Below, piece after piece: positions 1 to 9,216 of a stretch of DNA of 35,559 nt. The number at the start of each line of letters is the position of its first letter. Position 1 is the stretch's first letter. A program made the translations under genes and the position numbers. The notes under the pieces are model-generated. The model saw nothing but the letters and a program-made list of their open reading frames with translations. It was not told where the DNA came from and ran no database searches. This DNA is from a virus (lineage: Duplodnaviria; Caudoviricetes), in IMG/VR virus record IMGVR_UViG_3300038673_000605, positions 1 to 35,559 of that record; one strand, 5' to 3'.

Positions 1-1325
1 TAGAATTTGGTCGGGTCCAGGTCAACCTTGTTATACGCCACCTGCCGGTACACACTATCACTATAATTACCATTCATCCCCTTCACAGTGCCGTCAAAGA
101 AATCATCAGGGTCAATCTGGTAATTCAAAGGATCACTAATGTCTTTGAAACATTGGATTAAACCATCGGCACTGTTCCTGGTGAAATCTGGCGTAAGGTT
201 ACAATTAGCATCCGGAGGGGCCACAACAACATTAGGCTTACTAGCATCCTCATCAGTGTAAATTTTGAAATTCTCAGACGACATAGTGGCACTGGAGCCG
301 GAGATGTTGCTGAACATCAACATGAAAAAGGGCGAACTCCAAGTAAAACCAGAAGCAGCCCGACCCCAAATAGGCTCATCCCCAAAATCAGTACCCCCCT
401 CAGTGTCCACATATATCTCCATACTCCCATCAGCATAATATTTCACCCTGAAATTAGGGTTAGATTCCGTGCCGATGTTCAACTCAGTCTGAGCCACGAA
501 AGAAGTTTTCTGACCAGCCTTATACCTTAAAATGCCCATGTAAAGCTTACTATTAGTATGATAAAGATAGAATCGGATGTAATTGCTTGAACTGGTGTTG
601 TTCACGAATGAAATGTTCGCAGGGTTTGATTCAAGGATGTAACAAGACATGTGGCAGTCGGTTCCACTCACATATTCCATGTCAAACTCCAACGTCCACT
701 CAGGAGAATAGGTGGTTTGGTTCCTGAGAATTACCCGGCCCCATCCACCATAACCGGCCCCGGCAGTGTTGGTTCCAGTGCAAACAAGTTTTCCACCTGA
801 AACTGAAGCACTCCCAGGACTCATATAATAGGCCAGATAAGCCGTCCACGTATCCGTATAGTTGCTGGAGTAATCGTTTTCGTGGATTATGACCTCATCA
901 GTGTCATCATATCCTGATTCAATCTCACCATCATCCTCACCACCCTTACTGTAAAGTAGGGTTAAGAATGAGTTAAGATTGTTACTAACCAATTCTGCGG
1001 GTATTTTCAGTAAAGAGTTATTATAATTCAAGAATTTCTCTTCAGGAAGGCCCAGAACATAATAACCCATGTGTGGGCTTGCTTCGTTGATTGCCAGGTT
1101 CTCACTAGTGTTTACTGGTATAACTCCCCACCGGCTGTTAAGGCCTTTAATTATCCTTGTGGGGTTGTATTTTGTTTTAACAACTTCCTCGGCAAGACCC
1201 AATATTTGTTTAGCCTGGATTGGGGTGCATGGGATATTTATTGTTTCGGTTCCATCGGTTTTTATCTCATCATCGTTCCGTACGTGGGGGTTGGTGAGGG
1301 TTATTGGACCAATATAATTACTCAT
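1..1325 (-). CDS. Tail-associated structural protein, truncated at the left window edge (absent from the ORF track)
   Basis: ATG at 1325-1323 opens MSNYIGPITLTNPHVRNDDEIKTDG...; I read about 270 codons without a stop. Rich in aromatic, Ser, Thr and Gly residues; lies directly after the tape measure gene in transcription order. Confidence 0.75.
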   Translation of the reverse strand, partial: MSNYIGPITLTNPHVRNDDEIKTDGTETINIPCTPIQAKQILGLAEEVVKTKYNPTRIIKGLNSRWGVIPVNTSENLAINEASPHMGYYVLGLPEEKFLNYNNSLLKIPAELVSNNLNSFLTLLYSKGGEDDGEIESGYDDTDEVIIHENDYSSNYTDTWTAYLAYYMSPGSASVSGGKLVCTGTNTAGAGYGGWGRVILRNQTTYSPEWTLEFDMEYVSGTDCHMSCYILESNPANISFVNNTSSSNYIRFYLYHTNSKLYMGILRYKAGQKTSFVAQTELNIGTESNPNFRVKYYADGSMEIYVDTEGGTDFGDEPIWGRAASGFTWSSPFFMLMFSNISGSSATMSSENFKIYTDEDASKPNVVVAPPDANCNLTPDFTRNSADGLIQCFKDISDPLNYQIDPDDFFDGTVKGMNGNYSDSVYRQVAYNKVDLDPTKF

Positions 1326-1350
1326 TTCTGATTCGCTCCATTGTTTTCAG

Positions 1351-1366
1351 GAAAAAGAATTAAATA
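1351..1366 (+). promoter_or_regulatory. Candidate archaeal BRE/TATA promoter for the counter-oriented gene
   Basis: Purine-rich GAAAAAGAA followed by TTAAATA (1360-1366), about 35-45 nt upstream of the ORF at 1401/1413. Confidence 0.4.
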
Positions 1367-1400
1367 TCAAAACAGAAGATAATGTTAATACAAAAGGAAT

Positions 1401-1820
1401 ATGGTGATTGAGATGGTTTTTTGTCCGGAATGTGGAATGGAAATTAAAGAAAAAACAGCAATGCATTGTCCCGAATGTGGAACAAAAATAATCCAAACAC
1501 CAAAACAAAGCAAACCATCACGTTTAGATAAATATGTCAAAAGAACCTTGAAAGAACCAGACGCTGGTGGTAATTATTATTCAAAACGTGAAAATGAAAT
1601 AGTACCAACAGAATCAAACATGGCAACCGTCCAACCTAGAAAAAGATTGTTAGATAGGTTCACAGAAGGATTGCTTGCTTATGTTATCTGGTTTTCAATA
1701 ACTCTTATTTTAGGAATCTTTTTATTACTAATTATTGGTGCTTGGACAATTATAGCGTCTCCTATAATAGCTGCAATTATAGTTTATATCATTTTTAGGG
1801 ATGAAAATAGATCTTATTAA
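1401..1820 (+). CDS. Zinc-ribbon protein with two C-terminal transmembrane helices (moron-like)
   Basis: FCPECG...HCPECG at the N-terminus and a hydrophobic hairpin at the C-terminus; AT-rich; opposite strand to the tail operon. The start may be ATG 1413 after GGTGA. Confidence 0.8.
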   Translation: MVIEMVFCPECGMEIKEKTAMHCPECGTKIIQTPKQSKPSRLDKYVKRTLKEPDAGGNYYSKRENEIVPTESNMATVQPRKRLLDRFTEGLLAYVIWFSITLILGIFLLLIIGAWTIIASPIIAAIIVYIIFRDENRSY

Positions 1821-1824
1821 TCAA

Positions 1825-4800
1825 CTATCCGAAGTCGTACATGTTATATTTGTCAGCTGCTTCTTCCATTGCTTCATTAGCATACCTTTTAATCTCTTTT
1901 TTGTAATGTTCCATTCCTACAAATGTGCCTTCTAATTTAATTGCACCCTCATGGAAGTGGATCCCCCCATCCTTTTTACTGGATCCTGGTCCTTGTGGTG
2001 GGGGGGAGTACGTTCCAGCCAAAGCCCTTCGGGATAAATCATAATCCCTGTTAGCTATCCTGGCCCAAACATGACTGTTACCGTCATAAGTTCCCCACAT
2101 CATCTCTGATGGAAGACCAAACAGGGTAGAAGCAACATCCATAATCCCCAGGGTCATGTCGAAACAGTTACCACCCGAATCAAGAGCAGTTAAAGGATTC
2201 ATCAAATGGCCGCCATACCCCACATACTCAAGGGCGGGGCCAATATCCGTCATGAACTGAGCAAAATCACCAGCAGGGCCACTTGGAGGGTTCCAGAATC
2301 CTCTTATCAACTTGGCAGCCATATCGAAGGGTTGCCCCCCTATTACAGCCCAAGTATGTGGAATCGAGGTTCCATCCCATACACCATTGCTGAGTCCACC
2401 GCCCAGACCAAATCGGTTTCCTTCACTCATTAAAAATTGAGCGCCATCATAGCAATTAGTCTGTCCTGACCTCCAAACTTCCTCATTTGTCTTCTGATCA
2501 CCATAATAGAATGAATAACTCAATGGTGCGGCCATTCCGTCTGCTATTGGGTTGAATCCACCCAATCCTGAGAATCTGTTGGCCATGGCACTGGCAATAT
2601 ATCCACTACCAACACCCGACCTGGAGGCCATGGTACTAACAATAGTATCCTTGATAGGGCCACGTGGAGGACCATAAAAAGCTCCACCTCCCCCACCACC
2701 AGATCCACTACCGGTTGACGCGGGGCCCCAAGGCCATGTAAATGGAGGAATTATGCTCTTAATAAAGTTATAAACTTTTGTTCCCAGATTAGTTAAACTA
2801 AAACTTCCAGTTATTCTGCTAACTTTACTATAAGCCCATGCTGCTGCGTTAGTAGCTAATAAGGATATGTTAAACTCTCCAACTATGCGGTTAACTTTTG
2901 TTTGAACCCATGCAGTTGCAGTTCTCATCAAAGTAGTTATATTAAACTTGCCACTGATTTTGGCAATTTTGCTCCTAATCAAATTAAGACCATGAGTAAA
3001 GAGCGTTGTTAAGTTAAGCGAGCCCGTAATGCTTGCAAGTTTGGATCTAATCCATTTGATTACATCTCCAGCGGTTGGTAGTTTAAAATTTTTAATATTT
3101 CCTTTGAAGTCGTGGATGCCTTCGCTGACATCACGAATAAAATCGGCGAACCTTTTGATATAACCTGCCCCGGTTCGTATATATCCTGCAAATGTCACAA
3201 CATACGGTGTGGCGGCACGGATACCTTCAGCCAACCATTTAGCACCATCAATAAGTAAATTAAATTCAGGTTTGGCCTTTTTAATTTCTGGAGCCAAATC
3301 TTTACTAGCATCACTGACAGGGAATAACGCTTCCCACAATTCACCGAAAGCCTCTTGCAAAGGACTCCACACTTCACCAAGTGCACTTCCAAGTTCGCTG
3401 GCAGCGCTTGATAATTCTGTCCAAACATCCCCAAATGCACTGCCTACATCTCCAAAAGCTGCCCCAATTTCATTAATGGCAGGACCAAGTACGATCCATA
3501 CTTGGTTTAATGCCTGTCCAACAATAGTCACGGCCCCTTTGAAATCAGACCAGGTATTACTGACAAAATCAACCAGGCCGTCTTTAAAAGAAGTTAATGG
3601 CCCTGTGAGTTGTTGGAATATTCCACCCATACCCCAATCACCAAACGGGGCTTTAAGATATGATATAACGTCTTGGATTGCTCCTTGGAAATCTCCAGTG
3701 AATAGATCATAAATAATATCGGCACCTTTTTGGAGAGGATTGAATAATGCGGCTAATGGGTTTGTTAATCCTTGGATTCCTTTAGTGAAGTTCCATAGAT
3801 TGTTTGATACTTCTCCCCCAGCTTCAAACCAATCATCCATCAGGTTCAAAAAATGACCTGTGGCAAGGCCAATCGCGGTTCCAAATGATGCGACTCCTGC
3901 CATTGCACCTGTTGTCAATCCTCCACCGGCTGCAATTTCACCACCACTTAAACTCAAAGCTGCAAGGGGCCCTAATGCAAAATCTCCTGCGAAGGAAGTA
4001 GCTTTACTTAAAGTACTTGTCGTGGTTCCAGCAGTACCTGGTCCTTTGTTTGCCGCGTTAGCGATAGCTGCCTCTTCAGCTTCCATCCTATATAACTTCA
4101 TTGCATTATAAGCAGCAACACCAGCACTGACCACAGGAGCAAGGGCCGTGGCCAATAAACCAGCAGTTCCAACCATGAAAGCAAGAGTAGTACTCCAACC
4201 ATCGGTTTTAGTATCTAAATCTATAACAAAATCAAGCACATCTTCAATATAAGGCAACAATTTCTCTCCAACATTAGTAGCCGCCATTTGGAGTTTGCCC
4301 TTAATCTCTTCCCATTTAATTGATGCAATATCTAACTGGGATAGGCCAGAGTATCCTTCATCAACCAGGGCCTTATTAAGCGCATTTATTCTTTCAGACA
4401 CCGTTCCCTGGTCCTCAAGAGTGTCTAATTGTTGTTTAAGAATGCTGTCACGCTCTAACTGGGTGGTGTTACCAGTCAGTATATATTCTTTAAGGTCCAT
4501 TTGGGTTTCAATTGCGCTTTTACCCATGGCCTGACTTGTAACAAGATAATCCGCAGTAGCAATTCCCAACTTTTTAAGCTCACCAGACGTTAAGTTTGTT
4601 TGTTTAGCCACAGCTCCAGTCATGAGGTTGTTCATGAAAGTGTCATCACCAGGGACCTCAGCAACTATCGTCTGTATTTCTTTTATATAATCTTGGGCCG
4701 CACTGGTGCTCATCTTCGTTTGAAGATAAGCAGCGTTAAATTCCTTAGTTGTGGCACCAGTCCATGCAGTCTGAATCACTTCCATGGCCCCAATACCACC

Positions 4801-5118
4801 AGCAAGGCCAGTTACTAATGTTCCGAGGTCGCCTAATTCATTTTTAGCGGCGCTGGCTCCTGACTTGAGAGTTCCAAATGCAGATGCGCCCTGAGTTTTT
4901 AGGGTGCTTAGTCCTTTGCTTGCTGCACTAGCTCCCTTACTTATATTGCTCACACTTGTGTTGGCCTTGTCAGCCCCTTTAATAAGGGTGCTTGTGGTTG
5001 ATGAAGATTCGCTTTTAATCTTATCCAGCCCTGCTTTGACATTATTACCAGCACTGCTCATAGCACTGCTCATAGCATCTTTGGCAGCCAGTATAAGTTC
5101 AATTTTATAGCTTCCCAT
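1825..5118 (-). CDS. Tail tape measure protein with two C-terminal transglutaminase-like (Cys-His-Asp) domains
   Basis: 1097 aa, Ala/Gly-rich, with periodic W/F amphipathic repeats; follows the tail tube and chaperone. C-terminal motifs NCYDG..HTW..FD and NCFD..HVW..YD. Confidence 0.9.
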   Translation of the reverse strand: MGSYKIELILAAKDAMSSAMSSAGNNVKAGLDKIKSESSSTTSTLIKGADKANTSVSNISKGASAASKGLSTLKTQGASAFGTLKSGASAAKNELGDLGTLVTGLAGGIGAMEVIQTAWTGATTKEFNAAYLQTKMSTSAAQDYIKEIQTIVAEVPGDDTFMNNLMTGAVAKQTNLTSGELKKLGIATADYLVTSQAMGKSAIETQMDLKEYILTGNTTQLERDSILKQQLDTLEDQGTVSERINALNKALVDEGYSGLSQLDIASIKWEEIKGKLQMAATNVGEKLLPYIEDVLDFVIDLDTKTDGWSTTLAFMVGTAGLLATALAPVVSAGVAAYNAMKLYRMEAEEAAIANAANKGPGTAGTTTSTLSKATSFAGDFALGPLAALSLSGGEIAAGGGLTTGAMAGVASFGTAIGLATGHFLNLMDDWFEAGGEVSNNLWNFTKGIQGLTNPLAALFNPLQKGADIIYDLFTGDFQGAIQDVISYLKAPFGDWGMGGIFQQLTGPLTSFKDGLVDFVSNTWSDFKGAVTIVGQALNQVWIVLGPAINEIGAAFGDVGSAFGDVWTELSSAASELGSALGEVWSPLQEAFGELWEALFPVSDASKDLAPEIKKAKPEFNLLIDGAKWLAEGIRAATPYVVTFAGYIRTGAGYIKRFADFIRDVSEGIHDFKGNIKNFKLPTAGDVIKWIRSKLASITGSLNLTTLFTHGLNLIRSKIAKISGKFNITTLMRTATAWVQTKVNRIVGEFNISLLATNAAAWAYSKVSRITGSFSLTNLGTKVYNFIKSIIPPFTWPWGPASTGSGSGGGGGGAFYGPPRGPIKDTIVSTMASRSGVGSGYIASAMANRFSGLGGFNPIADGMAAPLSYSFYYGDQKTNEEVWRSGQTNCYDGAQFLMSEGNRFGLGGGLSNGVWDGTSIPHTWAVIGGQPFDMAAKLIRGFWNPPSGPAGDFAQFMTDIGPALEYVGYGGHLMNPLTALDSGGNCFDMTLGIMDVASTLFGLPSEMMWGTYDGNSHVWARIANRDYDLSRRALAGTYSPPPQGPGSSKKDGGIHFHEGAIKLEGTFVGMEHYKKEIKRYANEAMEEAADKYNMYDFG

Positions 5119-5196
5119 TTGGCAGCTCCGCTAAAGGTTTCTAAAACTGTTAAATAAAAAATAAAAAAAGGGCATGGTCTAATGACTATGAAATAG

Positions 5197-5481
5197 TTAC
5201 ATTTTCTTAATATTTTCCTTGAAAGAGGGTTCGTTAAGGCGGTTTAATGATTCTCCAGGTGTCCATTCATAATCATCTTCAACAACAGGATCCTCTGATT
5301 TGGGTTTGCCAAAGATGCTTTCCATCTTACCCTGCCACGTTAACTGTTCATGTTTCCGAGCGTACCGGATGATCATGGCATTGTACTGATCATCTTCGTT
5401 TTCAAACTCTTCCCGATTCAGTCCTCGGTAGTGTTCTGCTTCCCAGTACTCGAGTCCTGGTCCGAATTCATCTGATTCTGA
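5197..5481 (-). CDS. -1 frame extension of the tail assembly chaperone (lambda gpGT-like)
   Basis: 94 open codons (SESDEFGPGLEYWEAEHYRG...NIKKM*) in the -1 frame, beginning right at G GAT TTT (5487-5481) and filling the gap before the tape measure gene. Confidence 0.7.
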   Translation of the reverse strand, partial: SESDEFGPGLEYWEAEHYRGLNREEFENEDDQYNAMIIRYARKHEQLTWQGKMESIFGKPKSEDPVVEDDYEWTPGESLNRLNEPSFKENIKKM

Positions 5482-5909
5482 AAATCCTCATCATCATCTC
5501 CAGAATAGGCTGATAATAACTTTTTAGCACCTTGCATCATGTTTTGACGGCCAACTTCTTCCAAGTCATCAAGTTCCTTATCAGTCCATCCACGAGCCTT
5601 CTTTTTTCGGCGTTCGATGGCGTTTAAAATATCTGCTAAATCTTCCTCATCCAAATATTCCAATTCTTCATCAGATATGGGAGTTATGAGTGATTTTACT
5701 AGTTTCTGAGCTTCTTCATCCCATTTTTCCATCTTTTCATCATATACGTCTGAATTTTTTATTTTACTTATCTCTGCGTTTTTCTTCACAAGAGAGATTA
5801 TTTTATTGCTTATTTTCTTTTTCGTCTTAGCCAGTTCTCTTGGTTTACCCATGAATTTGATTGGAGACTTATACTTCTTGTCCAATATGTGCATATCATT
5901 ATTTTCCAT
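5418..5909 (-). CDS. Tail assembly chaperone (gpG-like)
   Basis: Charged helical 163-aa protein between the tail tube and tape measure; GAGGTG SD; slippery heptamer near the 3' end. Confidence 0.75.
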   Translation of the reverse strand: MENNDMHILDKKYKSPIKFMGKPRELAKTKKKISNKIISLVKKNAEISKIKNSDVYDEKMEKWDEEAQKLVKSLITPISDEELEYLDEEDLADILNAIERRKKKARGWTDKELDDLEEVGRQNMMQGAKKLLSAYSGDDDEDFQNQMNSDQDSSTGKQNTTED

Positions 5910-5914
5910 GTAAA

Positions 5915-5964
5915 CACCTCAATAAAAAAAAATAATTAAATAAAAAGAAAAATAAAGAAAGAAT
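5915..5964 (-). terminator. Oligo-T-rich archaeal terminator-like tract
   Basis: Several T runs on the minus strand immediately after the tail tube stop codon. Confidence 0.45.
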
Positions 5965-6987
5965 TTAAGTTATAGCGGCTAAAGCGCTGACCACAGTAGC
6001 TCCAAGAATCCTGTCAGTACCAAGACCATTATCAACACCATCATAGTACTGGGCGGTGAAGTCAATATCATACATGACAGTCTTATCAGCATCCTTATCA
6101 GGATCACATTTAGACACGTTCACCTTAGGCATCTGGAAATCTAACAAGTAATCATGGCCAGTTTCGATTTCAGGACCCGTACATGTTAACTGCAATTCAC
6201 GATCAGTGATGACAGTACTGATAGATGTCCCAGTGGGGGAACCAGTCAGATAAGTCATGAACTCTGCTTTTGTCTCATATGGGAACTGTAAACTGCCGGT
6301 AACGGCCCAATCAGTAGGTGTTAATATATTAGCGATTAGGCCATCGCTTCCATCAGCGCCGAAGAGTTTATCAACACTCCTCTCAATCTTAATAGCAGCC
6401 TTGGTCACATCAGTTTTAGCAGCCTGATCCAATTCCACGGCCAACTGCCCCCAACTGAAAGGCGCGGCGGTTGTATAAGTCCTTGTAGGGTTAGTTTTAC
6501 CACCATCAAAGCCACCAGCGTCAAAGGTTGCTTTTAGGCTGATGGGGCCCGGACCATCATATCCAATCTCCAAACTGGAGAGAATTGCACCAGTATAAGC
6601 TTCCACGTCATAGGCACTTGACATACCGGGAACCCACCGGGTCAGGCTCGCACTGAGTAAACTGTCCCATGCTTGTGTGAATTCATGAGTATAACTGGTT
6701 GCAGTGTTCACAGTACTAGTCGCGGATCCGAAGATTAATTTCAGTAACGGTTCTAATCCTCCCTCTGGCCATGCTGGCAATTCAAGTGTGCCGTTGAGTT
6801 CTGCCTGTTTACGGTACATGAATTTACTACCAGGCACTCCATCGCAGATGTCCAAATCTTCATCAGTGATGTTTGGCTTAATTCCCCATTTAAGATACCT
6901 TAAAAAGGTTGTTGGGGCTACATAAGTGTTATAAGTGCTTTCGATGGCAATACCACCAGCATAACTCTTTTTACTTCTCCGAGTCAT
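5965..6987 (-). CDS. Major tail tube protein
   Basis: 340 aa, beta-rich, with GIAIESTYNTYVAPT, YTHEFT and YTGAILSSLEI segments typical of siphovirus tail tubes; fits the gene order. Confidence 0.85.
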   Translation of the reverse strand: MTRRSKKSYAGGIAIESTYNTYVAPTTFLRYLKWGIKPNITDEDLDICDGVPGSKFMYRKQAELNGTLELPAWPEGGLEPLLKLIFGSATSTVNTATSYTHEFTQAWDSLLSASLTRWVPGMSSAYDVEAYTGAILSSLEIGYDGPGPISLKATFDAGGFDGGKTNPTRTYTTAAPFSWGQLAVELDQAAKTDVTKAAIKIERSVDKLFGADGSDGLIANILTPTDWAVTGSLQFPYETKAEFMTYLTGSPTGTSISTVITDRELQLTCTGPEIETGHDYLLDFQMPKVNVSKCDPDKDADKTVMYDIDFTAQYYDGVDNGLGTDRILGATVVSALAAIT

Positions 6988-7181
6988 TTCTTAGTCCCTC
7001 CTGTGGGTTTGGCTCGTTCATATAATCCTTTCTCTAATTCCTTGGCCTGTTCCTCGGAGACTTCAAATTCCCCCTCAACAGGCACCTCTCCAACACCAGG
7101 CACCCATTGGGGGCTTGGTGCTTTGCTTTTCATCTTAACCAGTTTAGATTTGGCAGTTTTCTTATCAGGCAATAATATCAC
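6984..7181 (-). CDS. Small virion-module protein
   Basis: GAGGTGA SD followed by TTG (probable start about 7172); the stop overlaps the tail tube start (ATGA). Confidence 0.65.
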   Translation of the reverse strand: MILLPDKKTAKSKLVKMKSKAPSPQWVPGVGEVPVEGEFEVSEEQAKELEKGLYERAKPTGGTKK

Positions 7182-7196
7182 CTCAAAAAAGTTTTT

Positions 7197-7658
7197 TTAA
7201 TAATAATTAGCATAAAAAATAATCCTGGCCGCTGCAACCATGTTGGATGGGGTCTTAGGCTCCTCATCATAAATCACATTAGGTTCGGCCCAGTAAGCCT
7301 CAGTACAACTCCCACCAAAGGTCATGTCTGTTAAGATACTGGCCTTCAGGAGCGGTATTATCCGGTAAACTTCCTTAGTGGCCTTGGAGATCTGGCCAGA
7401 CACGTATAATGTGAGATGCCAGGGTGTGCTGAATGGTGAATCTGGAGGGTTTGGTCCTGCAAAATCCAATGTTCCTTCCTCGGTAACGGCTCTTATGCTG
7501 AGTGTTTTCCCAGGTGGCATCTTACTAGTGTCATAATCACCAACCACCACTTCATCAAGAACAGAGACTTGTTCTTCGTCCACTGTTTCTTTGAGGGCTT
7601 TCATCCGTGCTTCAAGGTTCGTGGCTGTTCCTAGAATCGTCATAATTTCTCCATCCAT
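7197..7658 (-). CDS. Putative tail terminator/completion protein
   Basis: Size and position between the neck gene and tail tube; probable start MTILG at about 7643, overlapping the upstream stop. Confidence 0.6.
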   Translation of the reverse strand: MDGEIMTILGTATNLEARMKALKETVDEEQVSVLDEVVVGDYDTSKMPPGKTLSIRAVTEEGTLDFAGPNPPDSPFSTPWHLTLYVSGQISKATKEVYRIIPLLKASILTDMTFGGSCTEAYWAEPNVIYDEEPKTPSNMVAAARIIFYANYY

Positions 7659-8152
7659 TTTCCTAGTTCATTGGCTTTCCTTTGGACTTTGGGCTCGGCT
7701 TGTCTGGCTCCTTTCTGTAGTGAGTGAGTTCCCTGGGCAGGTCCAACACTCCGGGCGAAAATATCCTTCCCTTTAATACAGAAATGAAGAACTCCTCTCT
7801 GCTTTCCCTGTTTGGCTATGTATTTGCCTTGATGGGTCTGTCCTCGTCCCTTTGCGAAAACAGGGCCGCGGCCATCTTCAAAATATTTAAACCATGGGGC
7901 AATACCTTCATCAGCATAAACCTCACCACCCCGACTAGTGGCACGGTGCCTTATAGCCGACTTAGTGGTTCCACCCTTCCCATGACCACTACAATGCTGA
8001 CCACGAGGGATGAAAAGCTGAACATCACTCTGGATAATTTTCAGCATACTAGTAGTGTCTTTTAAGAAGCGTGGGGCTACTGCTGATGATTTTTTAAGCA
8101 ACCGTTCAGGGAATCCTCCATCACTAACTTTCGCATGGATCTCAAGAACCAT
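7640..8152 (-). CDS. Neck/tail-completion protein (HK97 gp10-like)
   Basis: Basic protein with GTTKSAI...APWFKYFEDGRGP...ARSV motifs; fits the gene order. Confidence 0.7.
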   Translation of the reverse strand: MVLEIHAKVSDGGFPERLLKKSSAVAPRFLKDTTSMLKIIQSDVQLFIPRGQHCSGHGKGGTTKSAIRHRATSRGGEVYADEGIAPWFKYFEDGRGPVFAKGRGQTHQGKYIAKQGKQRGVLHFCIKGKDIFARSVGPAQGTHSLQKGARQAEPKVQRKANELGKWMEKL

Positions 8153-8565
8153 CAGTACCTCCTTCTCCGATGGTGGGTTTTACTCCCATAAAACGGCCTG
8201 TTGATACTTGAATTGTTCCTCGAATACCTTCCAGCCGGTTTACTGTTCTTGTTTTCAGCCAGCCAACCGTCCAGTATCTTATAAGCTTTGTTTTCCCATG
8301 CCACGGCAGTGGGGCTTCTCTCATCACCCGTCATGGCCAGACCATCCACATACTCCGCAGCTGCCAGTAAAGTTGCAGCTTTCTTAATAGCATCAGGGAC
8401 TGGAGTGGGGACTGTGGAATCAATCAGTGTGGCATCCACCAGTTCATCACCAGTGGCCACAGCATCAGCCAGTATATCCGTGTCGATTGTGCCGATTGTT
8501 TCCAGTTTCAAGACTTTCCTGGTGACCTCAGTAGAATCCGCGTAAGTCAAAATAAAATCCTCCAA
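8152..8565 (-). CDS. Head-tail adaptor protein
   Basis: YADSTEV start and PTPVPDAIKKAATLLAA helix typical of gp6/gp36-like adaptors; probable TTG start about 8550 after GGAGG. Confidence 0.75.
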   Translation of the reverse strand: MEDFILTYADSTEVTRKVLKLETIGTIDTDILADAVATGDELVDATLIDSTVPTPVPDAIKKAATLLAAAEYVDGLAMTGDERSPTAVAWENKAYKILDGWLAENKNSKPAGRYSRNNSSINRPFYGSKTHHRRRRY

Positions 8566-8621
8566 AAATAAGGGTTTAAATTATGTGGTTTTAAAAAATT
8601 AAAAAAAGGGGTAAGTGGGTT

Positions 8622-9155
8622 TTAGCTACCAGTAGGCGTGAATGTGGTGATAACAGTTCCACCAGGCCATGCCTGGCCACTAGCAGTTACGGTCTTCTTA
8701 ATACTCAGAACCCTGGCAGAAGCAACAGTGGCATCTGTCTCAACTAAGTCCAATCCAACCATTCCCTCAATAGTGTGTTCACTGTTCACATTCAAAGAAC
8801 CGATGCTGGTTGTGCCTGTTCCATCAGCGCCTTTATCCTGAACGTCAAGGGTCATGTAATCTGTGGCCTGGCCTATGTCACTGTCAGGAACCACAATAAC
8901 CTCTGAGACTGTGCAGGCTGCTGGTGCTTTGAAGATGGCCCGTTCAAAAGTATCACTGGCGGCCGCATCAGCAGGGATGTAAACGGATTGCTGTTCGGTT
9001 AAGGCATCCAATGACTCCAAAGCGGATTCAATGGTGCCTATATCACTTTCGTTGGTTGATATTCTACTGTCAAGGTTAGAAAGTTCCGCTTTGATTACTT
9101 TGGGGATTAATCGTCCGGCATAGACCATCTGAGTGAATTTGTGTAATAATGCCAT
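8622..9155 (-). CDS. Putative head fibre/decoration protein
   Basis: Short coiled coil followed by a beta-sandwich-like domain, directly downstream of the major capsid gene; GGAGGT SD. Confidence 0.55.
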   Translation of the reverse strand: MALLHKFTQMVYAGRLIPKVIKAELSNLDSRISTNESDIGTIESALESLDALTEQQSVYIPADAAASDTFERAIFKAPAACTVSEVIVVPDSDIGQATDYMTLDVQDKGADGTGTTSIGSLNVNSEHTIEGMVGLDLVETDATVASARVLSIKKTVTASGQAWPGGTVITTFTPTGS

Positions 9156-9181
9156 AGCATCATACCTCCATAAAATCTGTC

Positions 9182-9215
9182 AAAAAAAGGAGATTATGGT
9201 GGAGTAATCCTCCAC
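9182..9215 (-). terminator. Hairpin plus T-run after the major capsid gene
   Basis: GTGGAG/CTCCAC inverted repeat, then a T7 run on the minus strand. Confidence 0.5.
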
Positions 9216-9216
9216 T

